A stretch of 64,000 bases of DNA from Candidatus Melainabacteria bacterium 17Bon1m (GCA_032128875.1 JAVLKG010000007.1:192001-256000), one strand, 5' to 3'. Counted from the first letter of the stretch, positions 8,638 to 20,400 are shown. Notes: generated from the sequence alone by a model not told the origin. Numbers and translations are program-made.

Positions 8638-11475
8638 CTATCGGTCTGTCAAAAGGCGGTGAACAATCCTGATGGCTTCCGGTTCTCCCTTTTCATAGCC
8701 TTCTACAAGTTTGTTGACTGTAGGATTCGTCTCAGCGAATATCGACAGTGATAGTGCTACTCTTTCGTCCATTACACCAGGCTTCAGCTCAATCACGCCC
8801 CACTCAGAGCTGATTGCAGCGTTCAATTCTTTTGCTGTTCCGGCAGACACGCCTGCTTCTTCAAACGGCTTGAGAGGGCGCTCTCCGTTGAGAATGCTGC
8901 GGAATAGAAAATCCTCTGGCTTGTGCGTTAGGTTGTTGCGCAATAATGTCTCTAATGGACCAGGCTTGCTCGCGTCCACTAGACCGACTCTTCCACCGTT
9001 GCGTATCGCAGCTTGATCGCGCATTAAGAAGCCCTCGAATTCGCTGATGGTCTTGCCGTTTTTCTTGATGCGCTGGATAATCGAATTTTCCGGCGCCCAC
9101 TGCTTGAGCTTCGCGACTGAGCCCGCATGGTCTTCTCGCGCGATTTGAAGTTCGGCATTCAGCGAGGTCAGCTCGTCCCAAGACTGCGCGCGCTGCCGTT
9201 TTTCCTGAATGGATTCGATTACCGCTTCTTTCATTTTAACTTCAGCGCGCAGCCCTTCCATTGCTGTTTCAACTTGTTTTGCGCGAGCTGAACTGAGCGG
9301 AAGCAACTCTTTGCGTGCTTGTTCGAATATCGATTCGACTTTTCCGATAACAACCCGATCTCCGTGCGTTGATCGGAAGCGCAACTCATTCTTTTCCGGC
9401 GACACGTTATTGTGCTTGACGTAAACGTCCGTTTCTCCGTAGTTCGTATGGACGTGCTGCTTACCGTTGAGGAAGTACTCAACGATAGAATCCTTCGCGA
9501 CATCGACCGCTGACCGGGTTACTTCCCTGTTGGAAGACCCATGCACCGCCCATTCCAGGTGATCCAGCGTCGTCTCTTTCAAGTTCTTCGCGTAATCTTG
9601 CACCATAGATTTGTTACCGCGGAAATTTAAGTCGCTGGGTAAACGCTCTAGTTCATGCACGAATTGGCGCAACTCGGTGAGTTTTTCAACGTCCGCTCCT
9701 GCTTTTATGCTGGGCAATTGAACGTCGCGCAAATTCAGTGTAGGTTTGAAACCACCAACTTCGCCCGTTGCTCTGAGCAGGATTTGTCCAACTTCGGAAG
9801 GGAAGGAATCTGGCATGTCCGGACCGTGGCTGTTTGCGCGGAACCAACTCTTCTGAATTTCTATGATGCCCATAGACCTGATGGCAGGCGGGTTTTTGGT
9901 TTGTTCTGTGCAATCGAGCATGTACATTTGCCCGGTTTTTTCGTTGAAGATAACAATGTCGGCGCCGATCATATCCATAGCTGAGCCTTGCTCGGTGACG
10001 GTTGATTTCCAGCCTTTCGCCTCTAATCCGGTCTGTTTCAGCTGTTGACGAACGATATCATTTACACTGGATTCTTCAGCAGTGTTGTGCGCAATGCGGC
10101 GAAGATTTTGCATGTTGTTGCCGAAATTTTGCGCCTGATCGCCAAGCGGAATCGGCTTGGAATAACCTTCTTTGACTTCCTGCGGTTCGGACGAAACGCG
10201 AATTCTGTCTTTGCCTACCACCATTGAAACGTCTTTTCCGACGACCGCAGATTTGCCTTGCATTGCCGCATCTAGATTACAGATTGCGAGTACATCAGCC
10301 ATGCGTGCGGCATCGTAATTGATGCCCTTCGTGGCGTCGTTATGCTGGATGAACAAGTCTTTTTGCGGACCGTACTCTTGCAAGCCAAGCACACGCTTCC
10401 ACCCTCCGCCGGCGCCCAGATGCTCGCGCACTTTGACCATTGCGCCTTCGCCGTCGCGGAGTTTTGCAACGGCTTCTGTGAGCGCTTTCTCGCCTCCCAC
10501 AAGCTTGAATTCTGCTGTGGTTGGACCATTCTCAGTCTGTTCTTTTGAAGACCATTCGAAGTTCTGCCTGCCACTCTCGTGGCGTCCTCGGAACTGTTGA
10601 TGCGCGCCCAAACCCATACCAATCACGCCCATTGTGGTGATTGCCTCGAAGTTTTCGCGTCCTGTAGCCAGCCTGCGCTCTGCGAGATATGTGTGCATGT
10701 TTGTACTTACAAGACCAGCCGGAATTGCAGATATTCCCCCGGCGGCAATTTCACTTTTCAGCAGTGGCGCTGCAACGTTGAGCCGGAGTTTGTCCGCGGT
10801 CGACGAGAACATTCTGCTTGCCGCACTCTCTCCCACAGGCAGAAGGGCAGAGCGCTCAACACTAGCCATTCCCCCGAGGTGTTTCAATCCAACACCTGTT
10901 CCTGCGAGTGTAAGCATGGTGGCGCCGCCGGTGGCACCTTGTGCTAGGCGTGCCATGAAATAATTTCGCTTGTCGCCTTCTTCCACAGGGCGCAAGGCGA
11001 AATCGTGTGCAAAACCGGTTATGGTCGCTTCTTTCAATGTCAGACCAATCTGGCTCTGTTTTGAAAGGGTATTGGCCAGTGCAACTTCAGTCTGTCCGGC
11101 GCGCATTACTCCCTTCACGCCTTTGCCGACAGCCCAAAACGTACCCAGCATTCCAATCGCGCTGCCGCTCTGTTGCGCCCAATAGTTGGCTGTGCCAAAT
11201 TCGGCGTGGTTGGGAGCATCAATTACTTGAACGCTCGGCAAGTAGTTGGTGCCGAAAGTTTTGTCGATTGGCTGTACTAGAGCGTTGACAGGATTCTGCG
11301 CTACGGTGTGCAGAAGCGACCGTCCAAAGTCCTCCAGCAGGCTCGCGTCTTTGTGCGGCTCTTTCTTGTTTTCCCCGCTGTCCGCACCGTTCTGATTTTG
11401 CGCGTCAGCCGCCTCCGCTTGCGAGAAGCGCGAGAGATACGGACGATACGAGAGTGACTCGGAATTTTCGGTCAT
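8638..11475 (-). CDS. Large hypothetical protein (945 aa): Gly/Ala-rich hydrophobic N-half, possible restriction-endonuclease-fold segment, coiled coil
   Basis: Long ORF; SAMDMIGADIVIF...YMLDCT..K segment; heptad-like C-terminal region. Confidence 0.7.
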   Translation of the reverse strand: MTENSESLSYRPYLSRFSQAEAADAQNQNGADSGENKKEPHKDASLLEDFGRSLLHTVAQNPVNALVQPIDKTFGTNYLPSVQVIDAPNHAEFGTANYWAQQSGSAIGMLGTFWAVGKGVKGVMRAGQTEVALANTLSKQSQIGLTLKEATITGFAHDFALRPVEEGDKRNYFMARLAQGATGGATMLTLAGTGVGLKHLGGMASVERSALLPVGESAASRMFSSTADKLRLNVAAPLLKSEIAAGGISAIPAGLVSTNMHTYLAERRLATGRENFEAITTMGVIGMGLGAHQQFRGRHESGRQNFEWSSKEQTENGPTTAEFKLVGGEKALTEAVAKLRDGEGAMVKVREHLGAGGGWKRVLGLQEYGPQKDLFIQHNDATKGINYDAARMADVLAICNLDAAMQGKSAVVGKDVSMVVGKDRIRVSSEPQEVKEGYSKPIPLGDQAQNFGNNMQNLRRIAHNTAEESSVNDIVRQQLKQTGLEAKGWKSTVTEQGSAMDMIGADIVIFNEKTGQMYMLDCTEQTKNPPAIRSMGIIEIQKSWFRANSHGPDMPDSFPSEVGQILLRATGEVGGFKPTLNLRDVQLPSIKAGADVEKLTELRQFVHELERLPSDLNFRGNKSMVQDYAKNLKETTLDHLEWAVHGSSNREVTRSAVDVAKDSIVEYFLNGKQHVHTNYGETDVYVKHNNVSPEKNELRFRSTHGDRVVIGKVESIFEQARKELLPLSSARAKQVETAMEGLRAEVKMKEAVIESIQEKRQRAQSWDELTSLNAELQIAREDHAGSVAKLKQWAPENSIIQRIKKNGKTISEFEGFLMRDQAAIRNGGRVGLVDASKPGPLETLLRNNLTHKPEDFLFRSILNGERPLKPFEEAGVSAGTAKELNAAISSEWGVIELKPGVMDERVALSLSIFAETNPTVNKLVEGYEKGEPEAIRIVHRLLTDR

Positions 11476-11722
11476 ATTGTGAGTTAGGGGCCTTTGGCTT
11501 GCCTAAATTGAAGACAAGCTATTAGTTTTTACCCGTATTTCCTGGTTCTTGGACACTTTAAGCTCGTTTCTAATGTTCTTATGAGCAGTGGAATGTTCTC
11601 AAACGTACACGGGCGCGCATTTGACGCTTTACAGTCATCAGCGTCCGCATCTGTCACACGAATGTCAGATGGTTCGGTTAGGCTCTACTCGTCGCTTACT
11701 ACGCCCCCCCCCGAGTATCCCC

Positions 11723-13543
11723 ATGTTCCGATCTGAAGAGATTGGCGATAGCGCGATTGCATCGCCGCGAGTAAACAACGCTTTGTCCCTGGAATCTGCA
11801 CAACTGCTGGCTGAGTTCAAGCCGCCGGTTCTTCCCGCGCACACCGGTGACTTCCTCGACCTGACCAATCCGTATGGTGACAGCGAGTCAATGGACTGGA
11901 ACTCTGACACTGGTTCAATAGGCTTGGTTTCTGAGAACCAGGCACCGGAAAAGAAGTCTCTGGCTTTTCAGCCAGACGCGCCGAGGACCGTGAGCGTTGA
12001 TGAAACGGACGCACCCGACTCCCCTCGAAATTGGACTATGGCGATCGATCTGACCTCTGGCGGGGACGTCGAATACAACGGCGAAAGAATTCCGACCGGC
12101 GCTGCCGGAAAGTTGTCTGAAATTTTGGAATTGGCGGAGAAAACTCGCGATCAGCCGGTCACTCTCTACGTGCAAGCGACGCTGCCGCTGCCGCAGATTG
12201 TTAGAGAGGACGGCTCGATACGCACCAACAGAAACGATCAGGAGGTCGCGACCTACAGGTTGGAAGACGGGCAAATCACCCTGGTCGATCGAGGTCCGTC
12301 TAGAGGTTTTGAACATGATCTTGTCGAGCTGCTGAAGCGAGCTTCTGAACGTGCGGGCGACGGCAATCTCGGATTGATCATTCAATCTCACGGATATGCC
12401 GCAAAAGGACTTGGTGGGGACAGCGGCGAAGTGAGCCTAGCAGAGCTGGAGCAGGCGATCACCAGCGGTTTGGACGGTAGTGGGAAAACTTCGCTCGACC
12501 TTTTGAATTTTGATTCTTGCTTGATGGGAAATCTCAACGTAATCCAGGCTATGCAAGGGAATGCCGAGCACATCGTGGCTTCAGCAGAAGTCGAGTCGGC
12601 TGTTGCTGACGCAGATGGACAAAACATGCGTACCACACTCGGTGCATTGCTGGACAATCCAGATTTGACTCCGGAAGAGTATGCAGCCGTTTCGATTGAA
12701 CTGGCAAGCGCAGGACACAACGATGAGACAGGAAACACCGATCTCAATTCGACGGGGACCTATACCCTCGCGCATGTTGATGTGGATCAATATCCACAAC
12801 TGGAAGCAGGCATTAACGAGCTTGGCGAGGAGTTGTCCGAACTAATTGCCGATCCGGCGCAACGTCACACTCTCGTTGAACTGATGAATGAAATTCAACC
12901 GTTTTCTGAAGGAGGAGCTATGTTGAGTGGCTCTTTCGCGCCGGCTAATCGAGACTTGGGGCTCTTTTTGGCCGAACTCGAGCAGGCTGTAAGCAATGGC
13001 GATTTGAAAGATTCCGACGGTTCGCTTTCAGCAACAGTAGGAGAAGTGCGCGATGCATTGAGTGATGTTGTTCCTCAATACCACGGCGAAAACTTCGGGC
13101 AATACGAGGAAATGTCCGGGCTTTCTTTGTTTCTTCCAAATTACGAGCACATTGATGTAACTTCGCTTTTGCAGGATGCTTCACCGCTACGGCACATGAT
13201 TTCATCAGTGAATAATGCCAAGTTGGCTGACTTTAACAGTCGCGAAAATTTGGTAAGGTCGTTGACGTTCAATTTGGAATCGCTGAGTAGCTATGGTGAT
13301 GCTTCCTCTCTTGCCTCAGCAATTGAAAACTTACGCGCTGCTGAGGATCAAGCGCAAACGGATATTGCGATGGCAAACCTTCAATCAATGTTGGTTGACG
13401 CGAACTCAGGAGATTTAGGCGCTGCGTGGATGAACGCAAATCGATCGGAGTACGACGAAAGGCGCGATCAGATTTTTGCTCAAGAACTCGAACAGCTGCC
13501 GCCGGCCTGGAGTGACTTCATAAATTCCCTACGAGTACAATAG
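11723..13543 (+). CDS. Clostripain-family (peptidase C11) cysteine protease (start uncertain)
   Basis: LIIQSHG (His), LDLLNFDSCLMG (Cys), IVASAEVE, SGLSLFLP. Confidence 0.82.
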   Translation: MFRSEEIGDSAIASPRVNNALSLESAQLLAEFKPPVLPAHTGDFLDLTNPYGDSESMDWNSDTGSIGLVSENQAPEKKSLAFQPDAPRTVSVDETDAPDSPRNWTMAIDLTSGGDVEYNGERIPTGAAGKLSEILELAEKTRDQPVTLYVQATLPLPQIVREDGSIRTNRNDQEVATYRLEDGQITLVDRGPSRGFEHDLVELLKRASERAGDGNLGLIIQSHGYAAKGLGGDSGEVSLAELEQAITSGLDGSGKTSLDLLNFDSCLMGNLNVIQAMQGNAEHIVASAEVESAVADADGQNMRTTLGALLDNPDLTPEEYAAVSIELASAGHNDETGNTDLNSTGTYTLAHVDVDQYPQLEAGINELGEELSELIADPAQRHTLVELMNEIQPFSEGGAMLSGSFAPANRDLGLFLAELEQAVSNGDLKDSDGSLSATVGEVRDALSDVVPQYHGENFGQYEEMSGLSLFLPNYEHIDVTSLLQDASPLRHMISSVNNAKLADFNSRENLVRSLTFNLESLSSYGDASSLASAIENLRAAEDQAQTDIAMANLQSMLVDANSGDLGAAWMNANRSEYDERRDQIFAQELEQLPPAWSDFINSLRVQ

Positions 13544-13702
13544 CTCTATCTCGGTAGCTGAACGCTGTAGCTCAGTACCAAGCGTTCTGTAGTTTCTACC
13601 GTAGGGCGACATACCTGCCGCCCGAGCCTCTCTCCATGTGAAAAGAGCGCCCTTAGTAGGACGCTCTTCTCGGACACCAGGCTTCCGGTTAAAACTTGTC
13701 GC

Positions 13703-14113
13703 TTATCTCATTTCGATTGGGAGGACCTTACGCGGTGTGGCTTCGGATTCGGCATGAGGTGTGAATCCTTTGCGGCCAGAGTGGTCTTCATTGATTACGA
13801 GCGATGGAGCCAAGTAGCGCGAACCGCCGATTTCAAAACCTTTGCTGCTGTCCACGAGTGTGAGGGATGGCAGACCGTCGCTGTTTGATTTCACTTGAAC
13901 GTCCCAGCCAGTGCCTTTCTTATCGCTGTAGTTCATGTTAGCTACGATTTGTTTCCAGCGCTCGACCCCGTCGGTGCCTTGGCTCATGCAGTCTACGAAG
14001 TCGGCTCTCAATCTATCGGCAACTTGTTCGGCTTGTTGTTGAGTCTTTGCATTGTCGAGGCTGTTTGCCATTTGGTCAGCGCCGGTTCTTACGTTTGCTT
14101 CGTTGATAGACAT
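13703..14113 (-). CDS. Hypothetical protein
   Basis: ATG 14113 with GAGGAC RBS; hairpin at 13641-13670 between convergent genes. Confidence 0.6.
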   Translation of the reverse strand: MSINEANVRTGADQMANSLDNAKTQQQAEQVADRLRADFVDCMSQGTDGVERWKQIVANMNYSDKKGTGWDVQVKSNSDGLPSLTLVDSSKGFEIGGSRYLAPSLVINEDHSGRKGFTPHAESEATPRKVLPIEMR

Positions 14114-14394
14114 GATGGTGGTCCTCGTATTGTTTAGCCTTGGTGTGGGGGAGGTGCGTTGCCCTCGATGCACTCACAATACGGACGGCTTGGGAGCATT
14201 CCGGGTCATATACCGGGCGTTTTTGGGTCATGGGATTAAACGTGCCGGGTAGGGGCTGAAACGCCCACAGGCGCGTGAAATCACTCTGGGCGACTGCAAT
14301 TGGCGCCGAAACCTTACACCCACGCTATGCTTGGGCGCGGTATGGAGTGCGTGATCACGGAACTCTGTGCGAAAGGTCCGCCGGCACCTAGTCT

Positions 14395-14688
14395 TTAGGC
14401 TATACCGGCAAGTCTCTTTACGGCTTTGTGTTTTTGTTGAGCGCGCCAAATATCAACCGACATCTGAAGATTGAGCCAGAATTCTGGTGATGTGTTTAAT
14501 GCGTCTGCTAAAACCATTGCCGTTTCTGGTGTGACACCGCGTTTTCCCGTGATGATTTCGTTTACTTTGGGCTGAGTCCAACCAATATGTCGAGCGAAGG
14601 CGCTCTGACTAACCCCCAGCGGCACCAGGAATTCTTCGAGGAGAATTTCCCCGGGTGATGTTGGTTGTCGTTTCATTTTCTTGTACAT
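14395..14688 (-). CDS. higA: HigA family antitoxin (HTH)
   Basis: PTSPGEILLEEFLVPLGVSQ...EIITGKRGVTPETA...SPEFWLNLQ. Confidence 0.92.
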   Translation of the reverse strand: MYKKMKRQPTSPGEILLEEFLVPLGVSQSAFARHIGWTQPKVNEIITGKRGVTPETAMVLADALNTSPEFWLNLQMSVDIWRAQQKHKAVKRLAGIA

Positions 14689-14735
14689 TGATGCCTCAAT
14701 TAAACGAGATATCGAGTTATTGGCCGGTCTCGAAC

Positions 14736-15029
14736 TCAGTGATAGTCGGTGATCTTAACTTCATGTGGTCCGTTGGAAAGCCATTTGAAGATGATTCTCC
14801 ATTGGTCGTTTACGCGGATGCTCCAGTAGCCTCTCATGTTACCCTTCAGTTTTTCCAGTCGGTTGGCAGGCGGGGATGCCAAATCCTGAAGTTCTGCTGC
14901 TGCTTCGAGCATATCGAGTTTGCGCTCTACGACTCGTAAAATGTTTGGTGGAAGTTTAGAAGTTTGTTTGTCGTTGACTCCCCAAAAGATCTTCTCTGTT
15001 CGAAAGTCGCCAAACGATTGAATTGTCAC
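14736..15029 (-). CDS. higB: HigB family (RelE/ParE) mRNA interferase toxin
   Basis: IQSFGD, DLASPPANRLEKLKG, WSIRVNDQWRIIFKW, ITDYH; toxin-first order. Confidence 0.92.
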   Translation of the reverse strand: MTIQSFGDFRTEKIFWGVNDKQTSKLPPNILRVVERKLDMLEAAAELQDLASPPANRLEKLKGNMRGYWSIRVNDQWRIIFKWLSNGPHEVKITDYH

Positions 15030-15030
15030 T

Positions 15031-15060
15031 TGGTTATACCGTTATACCATATACCAGTAT
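15031..15060 (-). promoter_or_regulatory. Probable higBA promoter/operator; leaderless or short-leader start
   Basis: Three GGTATA repeats including two TATAAC -10-like hexamers directly before the GTG; no SD. Confidence 0.4.
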
Positions 15061-15086
15061 GAATCAGAATAGAAACACCTAAAAGG

Positions 15087-15650
15087 TCAAGTAGAACGAA
15101 TCGCTTTGCTCTTTTCGTAGAGTGCGAGCGCTTGATCTGTGTCTCCGAATTCGGAGAAAACCGACGCGAGCTTCAGCAGGATTTTTGCACGTTTGTCTTT
15201 TTGCTCAGGTGTGTGGATTTCCCTCAGGCTCAACGCGCGTGTCAGATGCCGTTTGGCAAGACGCAATTGCCCCTGTTCTAGCCTGATATCTGCGAGTGTT
15301 TCCAAAAGCATGATCTCGAATTCTTTAGGCGTGTTTTTCACGTTTCTCGTAATTGCGAGCGCGCGCAAGTAGCTGTTGGCGGCTTGTGGAAATTCTCCTT
15401 GTGAGAATTGAGTGTGACCAACGTGTGCGAAACTCACTGCTAGTCGATAGTCGAGAAGCTCTTCTTTTCTGGCTTCCGCAAGTGCTTCGGTAAACATCAG
15501 TTTTGCTAGTGTGATGTCGCCGCAGTTCATCGCGCGGGTTCCGACGTCAGTGTAGTTTTGCCATACGGAGTGGCGGAAATGTCTGTATCTTTGGGGCAAG
15601 ATACGAATTCTGGCGGATATTACTTCCCATTCTGTAGAAACGACTGGCAT
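15087..15650 (-). CDS. Tetratricopeptide repeat protein
   Basis: Helical repeats GEFPQAANSYLRAL, GQLRLAKRHLTRAL, GDTDQALALYEKS. Confidence 0.75.
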   Translation of the reverse strand: MPVVSTEWEVISARIRILPQRYRHFRHSVWQNYTDVGTRAMNCGDITLAKLMFTEALAEARKEELLDYRLAVSFAHVGHTQFSQGEFPQAANSYLRALAITRNVKNTPKEFEIMLLETLADIRLEQGQLRLAKRHLTRALSLREIHTPEQKDKRAKILLKLASVFSEFGDTDQALALYEKSKAIRST

Positions 15651-16289
15651 GGAAAACTCCTTTGGTTAAAGCCGTTCAACCTGTGGAGAGAATATTCGTT
15701 TTGAAAAACCCAGTTAATGTGGAATTGAACAGGTGTGCGGGAAACCGCCACAATATCTATTTGCGCTCTGTGAAACTGTGCAAGCTGGAAGACACTGTCA
15801 GCAATCGCATGTGTTGCGGGAATTGCGCATTGAGATTTGCAAAGCGAAGATCTTCTTGCAAGAACTCTGATAGCCTCTCATTTTGCTCGTCGGCGAGGTT
15901 TTTACGTATCGATTTGCTAGCGTCGCTACGTTGTACACAATCATTTAGTTTCGTAGGCGCACCACAGCGCAAACGTTTGACTAGGTTTCGCATCCGTTCC
16001 TGAAAACAGTGAAAGACCGTCACCGGCCTGCTTCGCGGCGTGTTTTGGAAAGTTTTCACCGCATCCAGTAAATAGGTCGCAAATCAGCGGCTGCGAATGT
16101 AGGGTCGAAATATATTCGTCGAACAGATTTCCACCGGAGTTGCACGCAAACCCTGAAGCCATTGCCAATGCACTAAACAAGCGGACTTTCAAAACCCACT
16201 GCGTGTGAGGCGTGGAAGCTTCTTTTCGAATACACACATAAGCAGCTGTCGCGATTCGCGATGGTTGCTTTCATATTTTAGGAGCTTAT

Positions 16290-16547
16290 ATGACAGATAG
16301 AAATACACAGCTTGTTGTTATGAACGACAACCTCAACGAATACGAATTCGCGCGAGCGTTGGACCTTCTCGTTCTAACTGATGAAGAAAGAAAAGGCTTT
16401 GACATGATGGGCGAGTTCGACGCGATGGACAAAATTGATGCCGAGATAAATGCGCATGAACAAGAAGGATTCTATGTTCCTACGCGCGAAGAGTTGATCG
16501 AAACAACAGGCGAATTCTTTGTTCATCTCATGTTGGAACGCGAATAG
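16290..16547 (+). CDS. Small acidic hypothetical protein
   Basis: AGGAG RBS, followed by a terminator hairpin. Confidence 0.65.
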   Translation: MTDRNTQLVVMNDNLNEYEFARALDLLVLTDEERKGFDMMGEFDAMDKIDAEINAHEQEGFYVPTREELIETTGEFFVHLMLERE

Positions 16548-16590
16548 ACCATTTCGCGAATTGAACTGACTCGCATAGATAGACACACAC

Positions 16591-16628
16591 GAACAAGAGA
16601 GCTGGCGAGAGCCGGCTCTTGTTCTTTT
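16591..16628 (+). terminator. Intrinsic terminator
   Basis: GAACAAGAG(A)GCTGGC-GAGA-GCCGGCTCTTGTTC followed by a T run. Confidence 0.6.
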
Positions 16629-16634
16629 ATAGAG

Positions 16635-17237
16635 GTGATTATGGCTGATACTTATAGAGGCTTAGCTAAAACCATTGAATGTCCGAAGACGAAAAAGGAT
16701 CTGCAACGGATCGTCGACGCGGATCACGAGATTATCAATAAAGATGTTTGTCGGACTCTTCGCACGGCAATCAATCAGTGGCGCTCCAACAATCTCAATG
16801 CTTACAAGCCCAGGTATTTTGGGGAGTGCAACATCAATGCACTTTTTCACCAACGCAAAATGCCATGCTTGAAGCAGGTGGTTAAAATCGCACGTAAGCT
16901 CAACTTGAGGTTAGTCCTGAAGACTTATCCATATGCTGAATCTTTCGTTGAGCCATGGCGGCAATACGCATTCGATGACGAATTCGAGCATGCCGAGTTT
17001 GTAGCATTTCTTTGGGGGCTTTCAGCCTACCGCTCGAAGCGCGGAGACACAGAAGAGATGAAATTAGAGCGCGAGCAGATCCTGTCTGAAATAGGTAATC
17101 CGAATTTTGCCCTGTATTGGACGAAATTGATTCGCTACTTTGCCGCATGTGGCTACCAACTCTCTGTTCGATTCGTTGAGAGAGACAACAAAGAGGATGA
17201 AGCAGCACTGCTCCGAAGGCTGAATTACCCGGCTTAG
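16635..17237 (+). CDS. Hypothetical protein
   Basis: 200-aa ORF, GAGGTG near the start. Confidence 0.6.
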   Translation: MIMADTYRGLAKTIECPKTKKDLQRIVDADHEIINKDVCRTLRTAINQWRSNNLNAYKPRYFGECNINALFHQRKMPCLKQVVKIARKLNLRLVLKTYPYAESFVEPWRQYAFDDEFEHAEFVAFLWGLSAYRSKRGDTEEMKLEREQILSEIGNPNFALYWTKLIRYFAACGYQLSVRFVERDNKEDEAALLRRLNYPA

Positions 17238-17250
17238 CCTAGCTCTAATT

Positions 17251-17306
17251 CATCAATAAAAGTAAAAGCCGTCGGATTGTTCCACGGCTTTTTGCTTTTA
17301 TTGATG
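17251..17306. terminator. Bidirectional terminator
   Basis: CATCAATAAAAG..AAAAGCCGT / ACGGCTTTTT..CTTTTATTGATG long inverted repeat between convergent genes. Confidence 0.7.
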
Positions 17307-17442
17307 TAATACTAAAACATATAAAAGAAAGCCGGAAAAGAAGAACTGGGGCGGAAATCGCTTTCTCGCCCCAGTTCAAGAAGTTGCAGTTATGGCACTG
17401 CGCGAAGGTCCATAATGCGCGACGCTTGAGTAGGAAAACTCG

Positions 17443-20400
17443 TTATAGTTTGGAGCTTTTCAGCACCATAAGTTTTTCCTGACTCATTTCGTGCGCACTG
17501 TATGCGATACCACCCATGCCAACACCGGAATCGGCGCGTCCACCGAACGGCATCCAGTCCACGCGGAAAGCAGTGTGGTCGTTGACCATTACTGCGGTTG
17601 CGTTGAGCTGTTTGACAGCGTGCATGGCGACATCAATGTCTTTGGCGAACACCGCTGCCTGAAAGGCGAACGGCAAGCTGTTGGCGATTTTGATCGCATC
17701 GTCGATGTTGTCGTACGAATACAAGCAAACGACCGGTCCGAAGATCTCGTCGCTGCTCACTTTCGTGTCAAGCGGCGGATTAACCAGAACAGTCGGCTCG
17801 TAGTACGTGGGTGCAATCACGTTGCCGCCGCACATGAGCTTCGCTCCGGCTGCAACCGCGTCTTTAACCCACTGGTCGATACGTGTCACTTCGCCTGCGC
17901 GAATGAGCGGACCGACTTCCGTGTCTTGCGACTTCGGATCGCCGACCTTCAACGCCTTTGCCTTTTCGGTGATGAGCTTTGCGAACTCGTCCAGGCGAGA
18001 CGCTGGGACGAAGATGCGCTTGCTGCTGACGCAGACCTGTCCGGCGTGATAGAACGCCCCTTTGACCAGAGGGGCAATCACATCTTTGATGTCAGCTGAG
18101 GCGTCGATGATGACCGGTGCGCTGCCGCCGTGTTCGAGGGCGACGCGGGTTCCGGATGCGAGCTTCGAGCGCAGGTACCAGCCAACTTTGGCAGAACCGA
18201 TGAAGGAAAGGTAGCCGACTCGTTTGTCGGTAGCCAGTCTCTCGGAATGCTTGTTGTTGACGAGCAGCACCTGGCACCACTCCTTCGGCAGACCCGCCTC
18301 GTGAAGCAGCTTCACGAAAGCGACGCAGGAGCGTGGTGTGTTGAGCGCAGGTTTTACAATCACCGGGCAGCCCGCGGCAATAGCCGGAATCACCTGGTGG
18401 ACGATGAGGTTGATCGGGTGATTGAACGCCGAGAGCGACACGACGACGCCAATGGGTTCACGGAAAGTGAACGCCTTGCGATTGGTCGAAGCCGCTGTCA
18501 ACCCCATCGGAATTTCGGTGCCATGCAAGTGGTTGATGGCGTCGATGCCGAGTTTTACACCCTGCACCGCCCGGTCGATTTCAACAACAGTGTCGTTATA
18601 GGGTTTCCCACCTTCCTCGACGGCCGTATCGATGAGGCTCTGGCGGTCGCGCTTGAGCAGCTCGGCGAGCCGCTCGAAGATGGCGATACGCTGATGCGGC
18701 GGCAGCCACTTGCTCTGGTCTTTGTAGAGCGCATGGGCAGTCGCTAACGCCTTTTCCACGTTATCGGCTCCATCGAGTTCGATACCTTCAATCAGGCTCC
18801 CATCATGCGGAGAGCGCACCTCCAGCCGCTCGCGGGCCGGTTGCTTGTCCTTAGGCGCTTTCAGATACGCGACGTCCAGGTCGACAAGTTTGAGCTTCTC
18901 GCCAGACGTGTAGTCGATCGGCACATCGATGATGTGCACGCCCTTCGCGTTGAGGCATTCCTTTAGCTTGGGCAAAAGCTCTTCAGTGCGCTCGATGCGA
19001 TGACCGTGCGCGCCGTAAGACGAAGCGAGCGTAACGAAGTCCGGGTTGTTGAAGTCCAGCCCGAAATTCTCCTGCTTGTTCTCCGTCTGTTTCCACTTGA
19101 TCATGCCATAGGCATTGTCGTTGAGGATGACGACGACGAGGTCGAGCTTGAGGCGAATTGCGGTCTCCAGCTCTTGCGAATTCATCATGAATCCGCCGTC
19201 GCCGCAGACAGTGATCACCTTCTGGTTGGGTGCGATGAGCTTCGCCGCAATTGCCGATGGCAAGCCGGCGCCCATCGTGGCGAGCGCATTGTCGAGCAGC
19301 AGTGTGTTCGGACCGTGAGCCCGATAGTTGCGAGCGAACCACAGCTTGTAGAGCCCGTTGTCGAGCGTGACGATGCCATCGGAAGGCATCGCGGCACGGA
19401 CATCGGAGACGAGACGCGAGGGAACGACAGGGAAGCTCTTCGCCGACGACTGCAGCTCTATGAGCTTGTCGCCGTAGGCTTTCACTTCCATGAAGGGCTC
19501 GAAATCCCAGCTCTTCGAGGGCTCGCAATTCTTCGTCAGTTCGTAGAAGGTGTTGGCGATGTCGCCGATCACCTCATGCTGCGGGAAGTATACGTCGTCT
19601 ACTCGCGCCGAGAAGAAGTTGACGTGCAAAACTTTTGCACCGCCGCGTTCCATGAAGAAGGGCGGCTTCTCCACCACGTCGTGACCTACGTTGATGATCA
19701 GGTCAGCTTTGGCAATCGCGTGGTGAACGAGGTCATCGTTCGAAAGCGCTGCAGTGCCGATGTACAGCGGATTACGCTCGTCGACGACACCGACGCCCAT
19801 TTGCGTGTTGACGAAAGGAATGCCGAGCTTGGTGACGAAATCGAGCAGGGCTTTGCGGGTGCGCTTGCGATTGGCGCCGGCTCCGATGAGCACGAGCGGA
19901 TGCTTTGCGGCAGACATCATCGCGCAGGCGGTGGCGATTGAGGTGGGATCTGGATAGGGGCGCATTGCCTGGTGGATAGCGAACGGCTGGTCGCAGTCAC
20001 TGATTTCCTCGGCGGCAATGTCCTCCGGAAACTCGATGTGCACTGCGCCTGGACGCTCCTCGGCGGCGAGGCGGAACGCTTCGCGGACGATGGAGGGAAT
20101 GCGCGAGCCATCGACAATCTGATGCGTAAACTTCGTCAGCGGGCGCATCATGCCGACCACGTCGACGATCTGGAATTGCCCTTGCTTGCTCTTCTTGATC
20201 GGCTTCTGCCCGGTGATCATCACCAGAGGCATGCCGCCGAGATTCGCATAAGCAGCGGCAGTGACGAGATTGGTAGCGCCGGGTCCGAGTGTGGAGAGGC
20301 AGACTCCGGGCTTGCCGGTGAGGCGTCCGTAAGTGGCGGCCATGAAGCCTGCCGCTTGCTCGTGCCTCGTCAGGATCAGTTTGATCTTCGATGTTCTCAG

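Noticed and set aside
14395-17237. Prophage or mobile island around higBA
   Set aside because: No integrase, transposase, att repeats or phage structural genes seen.
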